DNA from: Verrucomicrobiota bacterium
GTDB lineage: Bacteria > Verrucomicrobiota > Verrucomicrobiia > Chthoniobacterales > JAFAMB01
Direction of reading: 5' to 3'
NCBI GenBank assembly: GCA_019246215.1
Contig: JAFAQT010000033.1
Coordinates: 1-50,417, forward strand
DNA: 50,417 nucleotides
The notes below the pieces were generated by a model, which worked only from the letters and a program-made list of their open reading frames with translations, searched no databases and was not told the origin of the DNA. The translations under genes were made by a program, and so were the position numbers. Positions 39,657 to 48,504 of the stretch are shown piece by piece (the first letter of the stretch is position 1; every line of letters starts with the position of its first letter).

Positions 39657-40280
39657 TTAATTGTTGGAGAAATGGAAACCTGCAGAATGGTTGCCGGGTT
39701 TATCTTCAGCACCCTCGGGTTCCTCGCCAAAGTCCCCTAATGCCTGCTGCATCATGTCGTTCACTAGCTCGTCCATGGTTGAAAACCGGTGCGCCTGGTT
39801 CAGTGTCACTTTGTGCAGGACCACTGGATCTCCGGTGGCCAGTTCAACTGCGAAATGCCAGAGATCCGAATCTCCAACGAACAGGTATTTTTGCACTGTC
39901 TCAGGGAAACTGGACCAGTTCACGAGATTCTCGGCCAAAAGACCGGGACCGGAATCAAACTGGTCATCGCGAAACTCCGCGTCGACGCCGTACAATGAGA
40001 CGCCGTTCTGGGAAAAACCATCGACTTGGCGAAGAATATCCACGACGGTGGCAGGCAACTGAGTATGGAGTTTTGCGTAGATCGCTTGTGAGAGCTTCTG
40101 CAGTTCCGCCTCCTCGGCGCCGGGAAGCAGAGGAAACAGCCCCTCTGAAGCGTCTGTTGCCAGTCGGTCATCGAGATGGCGCCGCTCGTCTTTCGGGAGT
40201 GTCCGATAGTAGTCGGACCGTTTGAGGTCGTCTACGAAGAGATCACTCAATTCTTTTAAAAATCGCATATTCAGGGACAT
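39657..40280 (-). CDS. SMI1/KNR4 (SUKH, YrhA-like) immunity protein
   Basis: PGAEEAEL..L, LP....ILRQVDGFSQNGVSLYG, LLAEN..W, YLFVGDSD, FSTMDEL. Acidic protein. Confidence 0.78.
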   Translation of the reverse strand: MSLNMRFLKELSDLFVDDLKRSDYYRTLPKDERRHLDDRLATDASEGLFPLLPGAEEAELQKLSQAIYAKLHTQLPATVVDILRQVDGFSQNGVSLYGVDAEFRDDQFDSGPGLLAENLVNWSSFPETVQKYLFVGDSDLWHFAVELATGDPVVLHKVTLNQAHRFSTMDELVNDMMQQALGDFGEEPEGAEDKPGNHSAGFHFSNN

Positions 40281-40285
40281 GGGAG

Positions 40286-41359
40286 CTAGACCTTTGGGTG
40301 ATTTGCTTGCGGTGGTATTCCCGGCTTTTGCAGTTGGCATTTGACGGTGCGCGACTTTCGCCGCGCTGGGGTTGGTTGAACGACTGTTTCGGGCTGCATT
40401 TTGGATTCAATCAGCGGGATCGATTTCTTTGGTCTGTGATCTGGCGGCAGTCTCTTACCATTCACATAGGCGCCGGCGGGCAGAAAATCAGCAGCCAATC
40501 TTGCTGCTTGCTCGGCGAGGCTGGCACGCATTTGTTGATTCAGCGCCGGATCTTTGTTCTGAGCCGTGTAAAGATCGCCGAACATCCGGGTGATCTCATG
40601 GAATTCTTTTGGAACAGCGTATGGTCGATGCTTGGCTGCCTTCGAAAACTCCAGGATCCGGCTTTCCCAGACTTCCGGAAGCTGAGGGGCCCCCAGCGCT
40701 GCGAGCTTATTGCGGAGGTCTGCCACGGTCCGGAAGCCCTGGGTGATCGGAGGATAAAATGGAAACAGTGGGCGGACGACGTAGACCGGGATCGGTTCGG
40801 TCGGCGCGTTATGGGTTTGGGGGTGAAGAAACAGACTGTGCCAGAAATGATGCGGATTATCCGATTGGTCGAGACCCCGACGGGTTGTTTTGGCGATCAC
40901 GAAATTGGTTGGGTGATTCACTGGAACAGCGCCGGATTCCGGGCGAATGCTTTTTGGGACGATATGGTGGCAATTGTAAGATTCTCGCCGCCCGCGTGCC
41001 GGCCTGCCCCCTTGATAACGAATTTCTGCCACAAACGCTGGTGGGCGTCCTAGTTCCATCAATTCAACGCCGGCCGAACCGACCGCCAGCGCCGCCAAAG
41101 CTCTGCCGACCGGGTGCGCGGCCAACGCCTTGAAATAGTGCCCTCTCAGGGCCTGATAATCGCGATTGACCTTGGCATATTCGGGTCCGTCGCGATCCAG
41201 AGCAGTTGCGAGAACTTTGTCGAGAACGATGCCGGGCAGTTCGGGGCACTGGCCGATAACGGAAGGGTCACTCGAAATTTGCTCCAGATTTCGAAGCATC
41301 TCGGCAACTGCACTGAGCATCTCTGGGACAGGAGGGGAAAATGGGGTGGAACGGCTCAT
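40286..41359 (-). CDS. Putative HNH (His-Me finger) endonuclease toxin
   Basis: YNCHHIVP...VNHPTNFV...PHHFWH motif, preceded by R..Y.K.LA...MELGRPP. Directly upstream of the SUKH gene. Confidence 0.68.
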   Translation of the reverse strand: MSRSTPFSPPVPEMLSAVAEMLRNLEQISSDPSVIGQCPELPGIVLDKVLATALDRDGPEYAKVNRDYQALRGHYFKALAAHPVGRALAALAVGSAGVELMELGRPPAFVAEIRYQGGRPARGRRESYNCHHIVPKSIRPESGAVPVNHPTNFVIAKTTRRGLDQSDNPHHFWHSLFLHPQTHNAPTEPIPVYVVRPLFPFYPPITQGFRTVADLRNKLAALGAPQLPEVWESRILEFSKAAKHRPYAVPKEFHEITRMFGDLYTAQNKDPALNQQMRASLAEQAARLAADFLPAGAYVNGKRLPPDHRPKKSIPLIESKMQPETVVQPTPARRKSRTVKCQLQKPGIPPQANHPKV

Positions 41360-41523
41360 ACTGGAATATAGAACACGTTAAATAAATGTTATTACTATCA
41401 GTGATCGAACCTAGAACACAACAGCAAAATGTAATTTTTATTTCGGCCTCTCTCTTGTGCTGCTGGCATGGGACACTCCGGTCATGATGGAAGTGACACG
41501 AATGCGAGGAGGATTGCGGCGCC

Positions 41524-42405
41524 CTACTCTGATCGGGTCGCGGTAGCGGTGGAGGTATCCCCTTCGATTAGACCGACTAGGTTGCGCGCGGTCGTCTGGA
41601 TGGCCGAAACATCTTCCAGCGAGACCACCGGGGTGTCGCCGAGCTTCTGGCGAACATCTTTGAGCCCTGAGGTGATCTGGGCGACCAGCGGCGTGGATTT
41701 TAAAGGCGGGGAAAGGGTGCTCAGACGCTCTAAATAATAATCGAGCAAATCCAATTGGCGCAGCTTGGAAGCTCGTTCCGGCGAAAAATCCGCAGCGACA
41801 CTGGCAGCACCTATCTCCAGCCCGCGAATCCAGCCACCGAGGCTCAGCAGATGGACCATTTCTTCGTCGCGCAAATCGAGCATGGCCGTTTCAACATCCT
41901 TTTGTGTGACGATCAATTCCTTGCGAAGTCCAGCCCAGTCTACTTGCTTGGCCAGATCGAGCAGCTGCTTGCTGTGCCTGCTCACGCGCTGCTGAACGCC
42001 AAGTCCCTTTGCTCGACGGAACAGTTCGCGGCCGAGTGTTTCGATCGACTTAGTCTCTTCCCCTTCGACAGCGAGGAACCCATCGCCGATCAGGACGCCG
42101 AAGCTCAGTGCAAATTTCGCTCGGTTGTCAAGACGAATGGCCCGGAGAGGACGTGTCAGTTCTCGGATGGGGATCGGTTTGAGGGTATCCAGGGTGTTGA
42201 ACAGTTGTTCGATCGAGGGGGCGGTGTACTGATTGACTCCTAACTCCTCCCGAAAATGAGGATCAGTCGCCAGGTCAGAAGCGTTCTGGGCTTCGATAAC
42301 AGCGGTGGAAGCCAAAGCCAAACCGAAAAAAGGGCTGGCGAAAATCGAGGGCCACAATCCAATACGCATCCGTGTTAAGGTTAAAGATATCGCCTTTATT
42401 GGCAC
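41524..42405 (-). CDS. Exported helical hypothetical protein
   Basis: Signal-like N-terminus (start may be 42369). REELGVNQYTAPSI, GVLIGDGFLAV, SLGGWIRGL. Confidence 0.75.
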   Translation of the reverse strand: MPIKAISLTLTRMRIGLWPSIFASPFFGLALASTAVIEAQNASDLATDPHFREELGVNQYTAPSIEQLFNTLDTLKPIPIRELTRPLRAIRLDNRAKFALSFGVLIGDGFLAVEGEETKSIETLGRELFRRAKGLGVQQRVSRHSKQLLDLAKQVDWAGLRKELIVTQKDVETAMLDLRDEEMVHLLSLGGWIRGLEIGAASVAADFSPERASKLRQLDLLDYYLERLSTLSPPLKSTPLVAQITSGLKDVRQKLGDTPVVSLEDVSAIQTTARNLVGLIEGDTSTATATRSE

Positions 42406-42511
42406 CTGACCAGAGGGGTTATGCCAAGGATTTCCTCTTGACCATCGGAGTCAAAGGGGCATCATGACGCGGGGATTTTCGGCCTTAACCCTCTGATAAT
42501 CACTCCTCAAT

Positions 42512-44020
42512 ATGCATGGACATATCTGGACAGTGCTTTGGACTATTTGCTATTTCTGCGTGGTTCTGGGGCTGTCTGCATATGGCATTCATCGATATTC
42601 GATTCTTTATCTCTATTTCAAAAATCGCAATCGAAAGCCCGCGCCCGCGTCAAAGTTCGATGTTCTCCCGACAGTTACGGTCCAACTCCCTATTTACAAC
42701 GAAGTGCATGTTGTCGAACGGCTCCTGAAAGCCATCAGTGAGCTCGATTATCCGCGCGATAAATTGGAGATTCAGGTATTGGATGACTCGACAGACGAGA
42801 CTCGCGAATTAACTGAGCGCAGCATTGCCAACCTTCAAGGGCGCGGGTTTGATGCAGTCGTTCTGCACCGCAAGGATCGTGTCGGATTCAAAGCCGGCGC
42901 ACTGGATTACGGATTCAAAAAGGCGAAGGGTGATTTTTTCTTTATTCTGGATGCAGACTTCGTTCCGCCTCGCAACATTCTCAAGGAATGCATCCACCAT
43001 TTCGTCGATCCCCGCGTGGGGATGATTCAGACTAGATGGGGTCACATCAATCGGTCATACTCGTGGCTGACGCGGGCTCAAGCCATTCTGCTTGATGGGC
43101 ATTTGGTATTGGAGCAAACAGCTCGCAGTCGAACGGGCCGTTTCTTCAATTTTAACGGGACAGCGGGTCTGTGGCGGAAGCACTGCATCGGCGAAGCGGG
43201 CGGTTGGCAGCACGACACACTGACCGAAGACCTCGATTTGAGTTATCGGGCGCAGTTACGTGGATGGAAGTTTGTGTTTCTGGGCGATATAGTCACGCCG
43301 GCGGAGTTGCCGATCGATATTGATGGATTCAAATCACAGCAACATCGCTGGACGAAAGGTTCGATTCAGACCTGCAAAAAAGTCCTGCCACGCATCTGGA
43401 AAAGCGAGTTGCCTTTGTTCATCAAGATCGAAGCGACCGCGCATCTGATGGCGAACTTTTCGTATCTGTTGTTGGCTTGTCTTTGCGTGTTGATGCATCC
43501 TTCTTCCGCCGGGGCCAGTTCGCCCGCAGCGGGTTGTGTGATGCGATTCTTGGCGATCGATCTACCGATCTTTGTGGCAACTACGGCCTCCTCGACAGTT
43601 TTTTATCTTTGTGCCCAGAGAGAACTCCATCCGAAGGACTGGAAGCGTGAAATCTGGTTTTTCCCATTTGTTCTGGCACTCGGGATTGGGCTGTCGATCA
43701 ATAACGCCCGAGGGGTTCTGGAAGCAATCTTCAATCGTAGCTCAGATTTCTGCCGAACTCCGAAATACGGCGTTGAACGGGCAAAGCATCAATGGAAGAG
43801 CAGCCGCTACGCCGCAGTGCGAACGGTGATCCCGGTCGTTGAATTTGTCTTCGCTGTGTACTTTTCCTACTTCGTATTTCGTGCTTTTCAAAACTGGGAG
43901 TTTGTGTCACTACCGTTTCTCATGTTGTTCCAAGTGGGCTTCGCCTATGTGGCTTTCAGTTCCGTCTGGCAGCGCATTATGTGCGCGCAGTGGAATCCAA
44001 GGGACATTTCGGTTGCTTAA
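42512..44020 (+). CDS. Processive GT2 glycosyltransferase (cellulose synthase-like)
   Basis: VTVQLPIYNE, DDS, KAGAL, DADF, TED, QQHRW (D,D,D,QxxRW). TM helices at both ends. Confidence 0.92.
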   Translation: MHGHIWTVLWTICYFCVVLGLSAYGIHRYSILYLYFKNRNRKPAPASKFDVLPTVTVQLPIYNEVHVVERLLKAISELDYPRDKLEIQVLDDSTDETRELTERSIANLQGRGFDAVVLHRKDRVGFKAGALDYGFKKAKGDFFFILDADFVPPRNILKECIHHFVDPRVGMIQTRWGHINRSYSWLTRAQAILLDGHLVLEQTARSRTGRFFNFNGTAGLWRKHCIGEAGGWQHDTLTEDLDLSYRAQLRGWKFVFLGDIVTPAELPIDIDGFKSQQHRWTKGSIQTCKKVLPRIWKSELPLFIKIEATAHLMANFSYLLLACLCVLMHPSSAGASSPAAGCVMRFLAIDLPIFVATTASSTVFYLCAQRELHPKDWKREIWFFPFVLALGIGLSINNARGVLEAIFNRSSDFCRTPKYGVERAKHQWKSSRYAAVRTVIPVVEFVFAVYFSYFVFRAFQNWEFVSLPFLMLFQVGFAYVAFSSVWQRIMCAQWNPRDISVA

Positions 44021-44026
44021 CGACGG

Positions 44027-44731
44027 ATGGGAAAACACTTTTTTATACCGCTTTTAATGGCCTGGTGTGTGGCACTCGGTCGAGCTCAAAGTCCTTCTTT
44101 GAATTCTAGCCCGTCTCTGGCGCCACCACCTCAAAATGCGGCTCCCACGGTCGCCGTGACGCCGGCGCCTGCGCCGGTACTCGAAACGGCGCTCGTCGTC
44201 AGTATTCCAGAACAGAAGCTGGCCGTAGTGATGAAAGATAAGGTGTATAAAAGTTACAGGATTTCCACCTCGCGTTACGGGGAAGGAGACGCTCTTGGAA
44301 GCTGGTGCACCCCAATCGGCCGTCTGGCGGTTGCCACGAAAATTGGTGGTTCGGTACCGTTGGGCGGCGTTTTCCAAAGGCGCCGCTACACCGGGGAGGT
44401 TTTGTCCGTGAACGCACCTGGCCGGGATCCGATCGTGAGTCGCATTATCTGGTTGCGCGGACTGGACTACACCAACAAGAACGCCTTCCACAGATGCATT
44501 TATATTCACGGGACACCTGAGGAGGACTCTTTGGGCAAAAAAGCGAGCTACGGTTGCATTCGAATGCGTTCTTCCGACGTGATCGAGATTTTTAACTGGA
44601 TCAACATCGGCACGGAAGTTGCCATTGCCGACAAAGCCATTGGGCGTGCCGTCAAGGACCTGATCGAAGATCGACGTCTGGTGGCGACAAACACCCCTAA
44701 ATCGGAGATGAAATCCGATTTGGTCCGCTGA
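44027..44731 (+). CDS. L,D-transpeptidase (YkuD family)
   Basis: Signal peptide, VVSIPEQKL, ISTS, TPIG, IYIHGT...ASYGCIRM. Confidence 0.9.
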   Translation: MGKHFFIPLLMAWCVALGRAQSPSLNSSPSLAPPPQNAAPTVAVTPAPAPVLETALVVSIPEQKLAVVMKDKVYKSYRISTSRYGEGDALGSWCTPIGRLAVATKIGGSVPLGGVFQRRRYTGEVLSVNAPGRDPIVSRIIWLRGLDYTNKNAFHRCIYIHGTPEEDSLGKKASYGCIRMRSSDVIEIFNWINIGTEVAIADKAIGRAVKDLIEDRRLVATNTPKSEMKSDLVR

Positions 44732-44763
44732 TCGCAATCCCGGGCCGAGACAATTCAAGAGGC

Positions 44764-44787
44764 GCGGCCACGAGGGCCGCTTTTTTT
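44764..44787 (+). terminator. Rho-independent terminator
   Basis: GCGGCC-ACGAG-GGCCGC followed by T7. Confidence 0.75.
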
Positions 44788-44860
44788 GCGTCAGGAAAGC
44801 CCCGGAAGGAACTGGGCGAGGCAAAAAAAACCTCAGTGCAGCTTCTTTTTTGCTTGCCCC

Positions 44861-44908
44861 CCACAATATCTAGGGTTTAATGAACAACGCTTCTCCTATA
44901 TAATGGGT
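44861..44908 (+). promoter_or_regulatory. Tandem NrdR boxes
   Basis: CCACAATATCTAGGGT (44861) and CTCCTATATAATGGGT (44893), 32 bp apart, versus consensus acaCwAtATaTwGtgt. Upstream of an RNR gene. Confidence 0.75.
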
Positions 44909-45023
44909 TAGGGAGGTACTTATCCCACAAAAATCACAACTTAACCACAGGATCTAGCCCGGGAATGGGCCAGTTATTAACAACTTATTGTTAGCGGTAC
45001 CCAAATTTCAGGAAGGTCCCCAG

Positions 45024-48000
45024 ATGATAAAATTGAAAACAGGTGTGCGAACCAGTGATTTGAGGACGCGCCGTGGATCGCGCACACGTAAAAAAAAGAG
45101 CGGTCTCAAATTTCAGCGCTATTTTAGTCAAGAAGGCAGTTCGCCTTTTGATGAGATCGAGTGGGAACGTCGCGTCGCGGAGATTACCGATGACGTCGGG
45201 AAGGTGATTTTTCGCCAGGAGGATGTGGAAGTCCCAAAATCCTGGAGTGCGTTAGCAACGAAAATCGCTGTTTCGAAGTATTTCTATGGAGATATCGCGA
45301 ACGGTACAGACCCGCACGCAGGGGGCCGCGAGAGTTCGGTTCGTCAGTTGATTCATCGGGTGACACGAACGATTGCAGATTGGGGGCACAAGGATGGTTA
45401 TTTTTCCGACGAAGCCTCGGCAGAAGCGTTCTATGGGGATCTTACCTGGCTCTGCTTGAATCAGCATGGTGCATTCAACAGCCCGGTTTGGTTCAATGTC
45501 GGGCTCTATCAGCAATATGGGATTGGGAAAGGGTCTGGGCGGGGGAATTATTTCTTTAATCGGGCAGCGGGAGAGGCCGAACGAGCGCCGACGCAGTATG
45601 AGTATCCGCAGGCTTCCGCCTGTTTCATCCAGGCGGTGGACGATACGATGGAAGATATCATGCGGTTAGCTACCAGCGAGGCGATGTTGTTCAAATACGG
45701 GAGCGGGACCGGATCGGATCTTTCGACCTTACGAAGTACGCGCGAAAAGCTCAGCGGCGGTGGGCGTCCCAGCGGTCCATTGTCGTTCCTGAGGGTTTAT
45801 GATCAGGTGGCGAACGTGGTGAAGAGCGGCGGCAAGACGAGGCGCGCAGCCAAGATGAATACGCTCAAGGATTGGCATCCGGACATTGAAGAGTTCATTG
45901 AGGCGAAAACTAAGGAAGAAAAGAAAGCCTGGGCGCTGATCGAGCAGGGATACGACGGCAGTTACAACGGCGATGCGTATGGCTCGATCATGTACCAGAA
46001 CGAAAACTTGTCCGTCCGTGCGAGTGACGAGTTTATGCAGGCGGCCATCGATGGCCATGAATGGTGGACACGCAATGTATTGAATGGAAAACCATGTGAG
46101 AAAAAGGAGGCCCGCAACTTGCTGCGAAAGATTGCCGAAGGGACGCATGTTTGTGGAGATCCCGGGATGCAATTTGATTCGACGATTCACCGGTGGCACA
46201 CCTGCAAAGGAACAGGCCGCCAAAATTCGACGAATCCATGCTCGGAATACCTATTTCTGGATAATACCGCGTGTAACCTCGCTTCGCTGAACCTGATGAA
46301 GTTCAGGCGAGGGAATGGGATGTTCGACGTTGAGAAGTTTAAGGCGGCCGTCCGTGTGTTTATCACTGCGCAGGAGATCCTGGTGGATAACGCGAGTTAT
46401 CCGACGAAGGAAATTGCAGAGAACAGTCATATCTTCCGGACACTTGGCCTTGGCTTTGCGAACCTGGGGGCATTGGTGATGAGTTATGGGCACGGGTATG
46501 ATTCAGCCGAAGCAAGGGCCTTGGCCGGATCAATCACTGCCATCATGACGGGAGAGGCGTACCTTCAAAGCGCTCGCACGGCCTCTACCATGGGGCCGTT
46601 TCCCGGGTATCGTGACTCGAGAGCAACCGGGTTCACACGGACTGTCGCAGCAGACAATGTCGATTCGATGCAGGAGGTCATACGATTGCATCGGCAATAT
46701 TGCGATCAGATCGAGAACTCGATCGAGTTCGCTTTCCTCAAGGAAGAAGCGAAACAGGTTTGGAACAACGCTTTACGCGCGGGCGCAAAAAATGGCTTCA
46801 GGAACGCCCAAGTGACTGTCCTGGCGCCGACCGGAACGATTGGGTTCCTGATGGATTGCGACACGACAGGCATCGAACCGGATATAGCACTGGTCAAATA
46901 CAAGTTGCTTGCCGGGGGAGGCATGTTGAAAATTGTCAACCAGACTGTGCAATCGGCTCTGGAAAAACTGGGTTATTCACCGAAGCAGACGGAGCAAATT
47001 CTGGCGCACATCAATGAGCATGACACAATCGAAGACGTAGCGATCCCTGAGAGTCAGATCGTCCTTAAGAGCGGACTCAAGACGGAACACTTACCGATCT
47101 TCGACTGCGCATTCAAGCCATACAAAGGCGAGCGAAGCCTCCATTACCTTGGACACCTGCGCATGATGGCGGCATGTCAGCCTTTCCTGAGCGGCGCGAT
47201 CTCGAAGACTGTCAACATGCCGAATGGCGCGACAGCCGAAGAGATCATGAACACCTATATCGGGGGCTGGAAGCTTGGGCTGAAGGCGGTGGCGATCTAC
47301 CGGGATGGTTCGAAGCGCTCCGCGCCGCTGAACACCAAAAAGACGAAGGACATGGGTGCTGAAGAGATCGCTCAGGCGGGACTTGAACCAGAAATGATGC
47401 AGCGCCGAATCATCGAACTCGAAAAAGAAATCCAGACACTTCGAGCAGAGGTCGAGCAACCTTCTCGGAACCGTATGCCGGATACCCGGGTCTCGCTCAC
47501 CCACAAATTCGAGATCGCCGGCCACGAGGGCTACATCACCGTTGGATTGTATGATAGCGGCCAGCCCGGAGAGTTGTTTATCCAAATGGCGAAAGAGGGG
47601 AGTACTATTGGCGGCCTGATGGATACCGTCGCGACTTTGACATCGCTTGCGCTGCAGTACGGAGTGCCTCTCGAGAGTCTTGTCAAAAAGTTTGCCTATC
47701 AACGCTTTGAACCAAGTGGCTTTACGAAAAACCCCGATATCCGCAATGCGACGAGCATTACAGATTACATTTTCCGATGGCTCGGATGTCAGTTCATCAA
47801 AGGCTACAAGGAAGCGATTTCGCCAAGCCGGTCGCAGCTTGATCTGCCGATGAAGGAGATCGCTGATATTGACAAGAAAGCGGTCAATCGTCCCGTAGCG
47901 GAACTGTCGCGGACAGCTGAGAGAGAGATCATTGACGTGATCACCAACCGATCGAATTCGGAGGGTACGGTAGAGGCTGTGACAAATGGTAACGGCTTAT

Positions 48001-48146
48001 CGAAGACGCATGCGGACCGAGTTCGCGCGGCTTTGGAGAACATGTATATAGGCATGAGTTGCTCGAACTGCGGCAGCACGAAAGTTATTCGTGCCGGAGC
48101 GTGCGGTATCTGCACGGAGTGCGGAACTTCACAGGGGTGCAGCTAG
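45024..48146 (+). CDS. nrdJ: Vitamin B12-dependent (class II) ribonucleotide reductase
   Basis: FNSPVWFN, SACFI, GGKTRRAAKM, TNPCSEY, LAPTGTI, GAISKTVN, C-terminal TSCPD-like domain and CxxC..CxxC..GCS tail. Confidence 0.96.
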   Translation: MIKLKTGVRTSDLRTRRGSRTRKKKSGLKFQRYFSQEGSSPFDEIEWERRVAEITDDVGKVIFRQEDVEVPKSWSALATKIAVSKYFYGDIANGTDPHAGGRESSVRQLIHRVTRTIADWGHKDGYFSDEASAEAFYGDLTWLCLNQHGAFNSPVWFNVGLYQQYGIGKGSGRGNYFFNRAAGEAERAPTQYEYPQASACFIQAVDDTMEDIMRLATSEAMLFKYGSGTGSDLSTLRSTREKLSGGGRPSGPLSFLRVYDQVANVVKSGGKTRRAAKMNTLKDWHPDIEEFIEAKTKEEKKAWALIEQGYDGSYNGDAYGSIMYQNENLSVRASDEFMQAAIDGHEWWTRNVLNGKPCEKKEARNLLRKIAEGTHVCGDPGMQFDSTIHRWHTCKGTGRQNSTNPCSEYLFLDNTACNLASLNLMKFRRGNGMFDVEKFKAAVRVFITAQEILVDNASYPTKEIAENSHIFRTLGLGFANLGALVMSYGHGYDSAEARALAGSITAIMTGEAYLQSARTASTMGPFPGYRDSRATGFTRTVAADNVDSMQEVIRLHRQYCDQIENSIEFAFLKEEAKQVWNNALRAGAKNGFRNAQVTVLAPTGTIGFLMDCDTTGIEPDIALVKYKLLAGGGMLKIVNQTVQSALEKLGYSPKQTEQILAHINEHDTIEDVAIPESQIVLKSGLKTEHLPIFDCAFKPYKGERSLHYLGHLRMMAACQPFLSGAISKTVNMPNGATAEEIMNTYIGGWKLGLKAVAIYRDGSKRSAPLNTKKTKDMGAEEIAQAGLEPEMMQRRIIELEKEIQTLRAEVEQPSRNRMPDTRVSLTHKFEIAGHEGYITVGLYDSGQPGELFIQMAKEGSTIGGLMDTVATLTSLALQYGVPLESLVKKFAYQRFEPSGFTKNPDIRNATSITDYIFRWLGCQFIKGYKEAISPSRSQLDLPMKEIADIDKKAVNRPVAELSRTAEREIIDVITNRSNSEGTVEAVTNGNGLSKTHADRVRAALENMYIGMSCSNCGSTKVIRAGACGICTECGTSQGCS

Positions 48147-48224
48147 AGCGAAAGATCACGCCAGTGACAGCGCTGGTGAGATTTCCGCCCTGTGAGCAGC
48201 GGATGACTGAATAATGTTGGGGGG

Positions 48225-48266
48225 AGAGGCGCCGGAGACAACCTTAGGGTTTCTCTGGCGCTTTCT
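48225..48266 (+). terminator. Terminator-like hairpin after nrdJ
   Basis: AGAGGCGCCGGAGA(C)AACC-TTAG-GGTTTCTCTGGCGCTTTCT. Confidence 0.55.
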
Positions 48267-48268
48267 AT

Positions 48269-48480
48269 CTAGTGCAGAAGTCCGAGGCTGGTTTTTTCAG
48301 CGCCGTCGCAGAGTTGGCGAATTTGGAAGGCGCGTATCTAAAGTGATACGGGTTGAGTGAGCAAACGCCGCAAAACCGCCCATGCTGCACGGCCCAAGGG
48401 GTTCGGCTGAAAATGACCCGGCGGCTGCGTTGCTCGTCGGTCACCTATCGATTTAGAGACGCTCCCTGCTCGGCGCAGAA
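48269..48480. repeat. Palindromic MITE/REP-like element, copy 2 (inverted, eroded ends)
   Basis: 48429-48445 is the exact reverse complement of 3582-3598. 48332-48350 matches the reverse complement of 3676-3694 at 16/19. Motif spacing is the same. Confidence 0.7.
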
Positions 48481-48504
48481 AGCGAGGGGAAATAACATTC
48501 TATT

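Noticed and set aside
41365-41425. Repeated TAGAACAC upstream of the HNH gene as a possible LexA/SOS box
   Set aside because: Does not form the TGTTC-N4-GAACA palindrome. Two 8-mers in AT-rich DNA are weak evidence.
44740-45023. Cobalamin riboswitch upstream of the B12-dependent nrdJ
   Set aside because: No B12-box or conserved core visible. The region is explained by a terminator, promoter and NrdR boxes.
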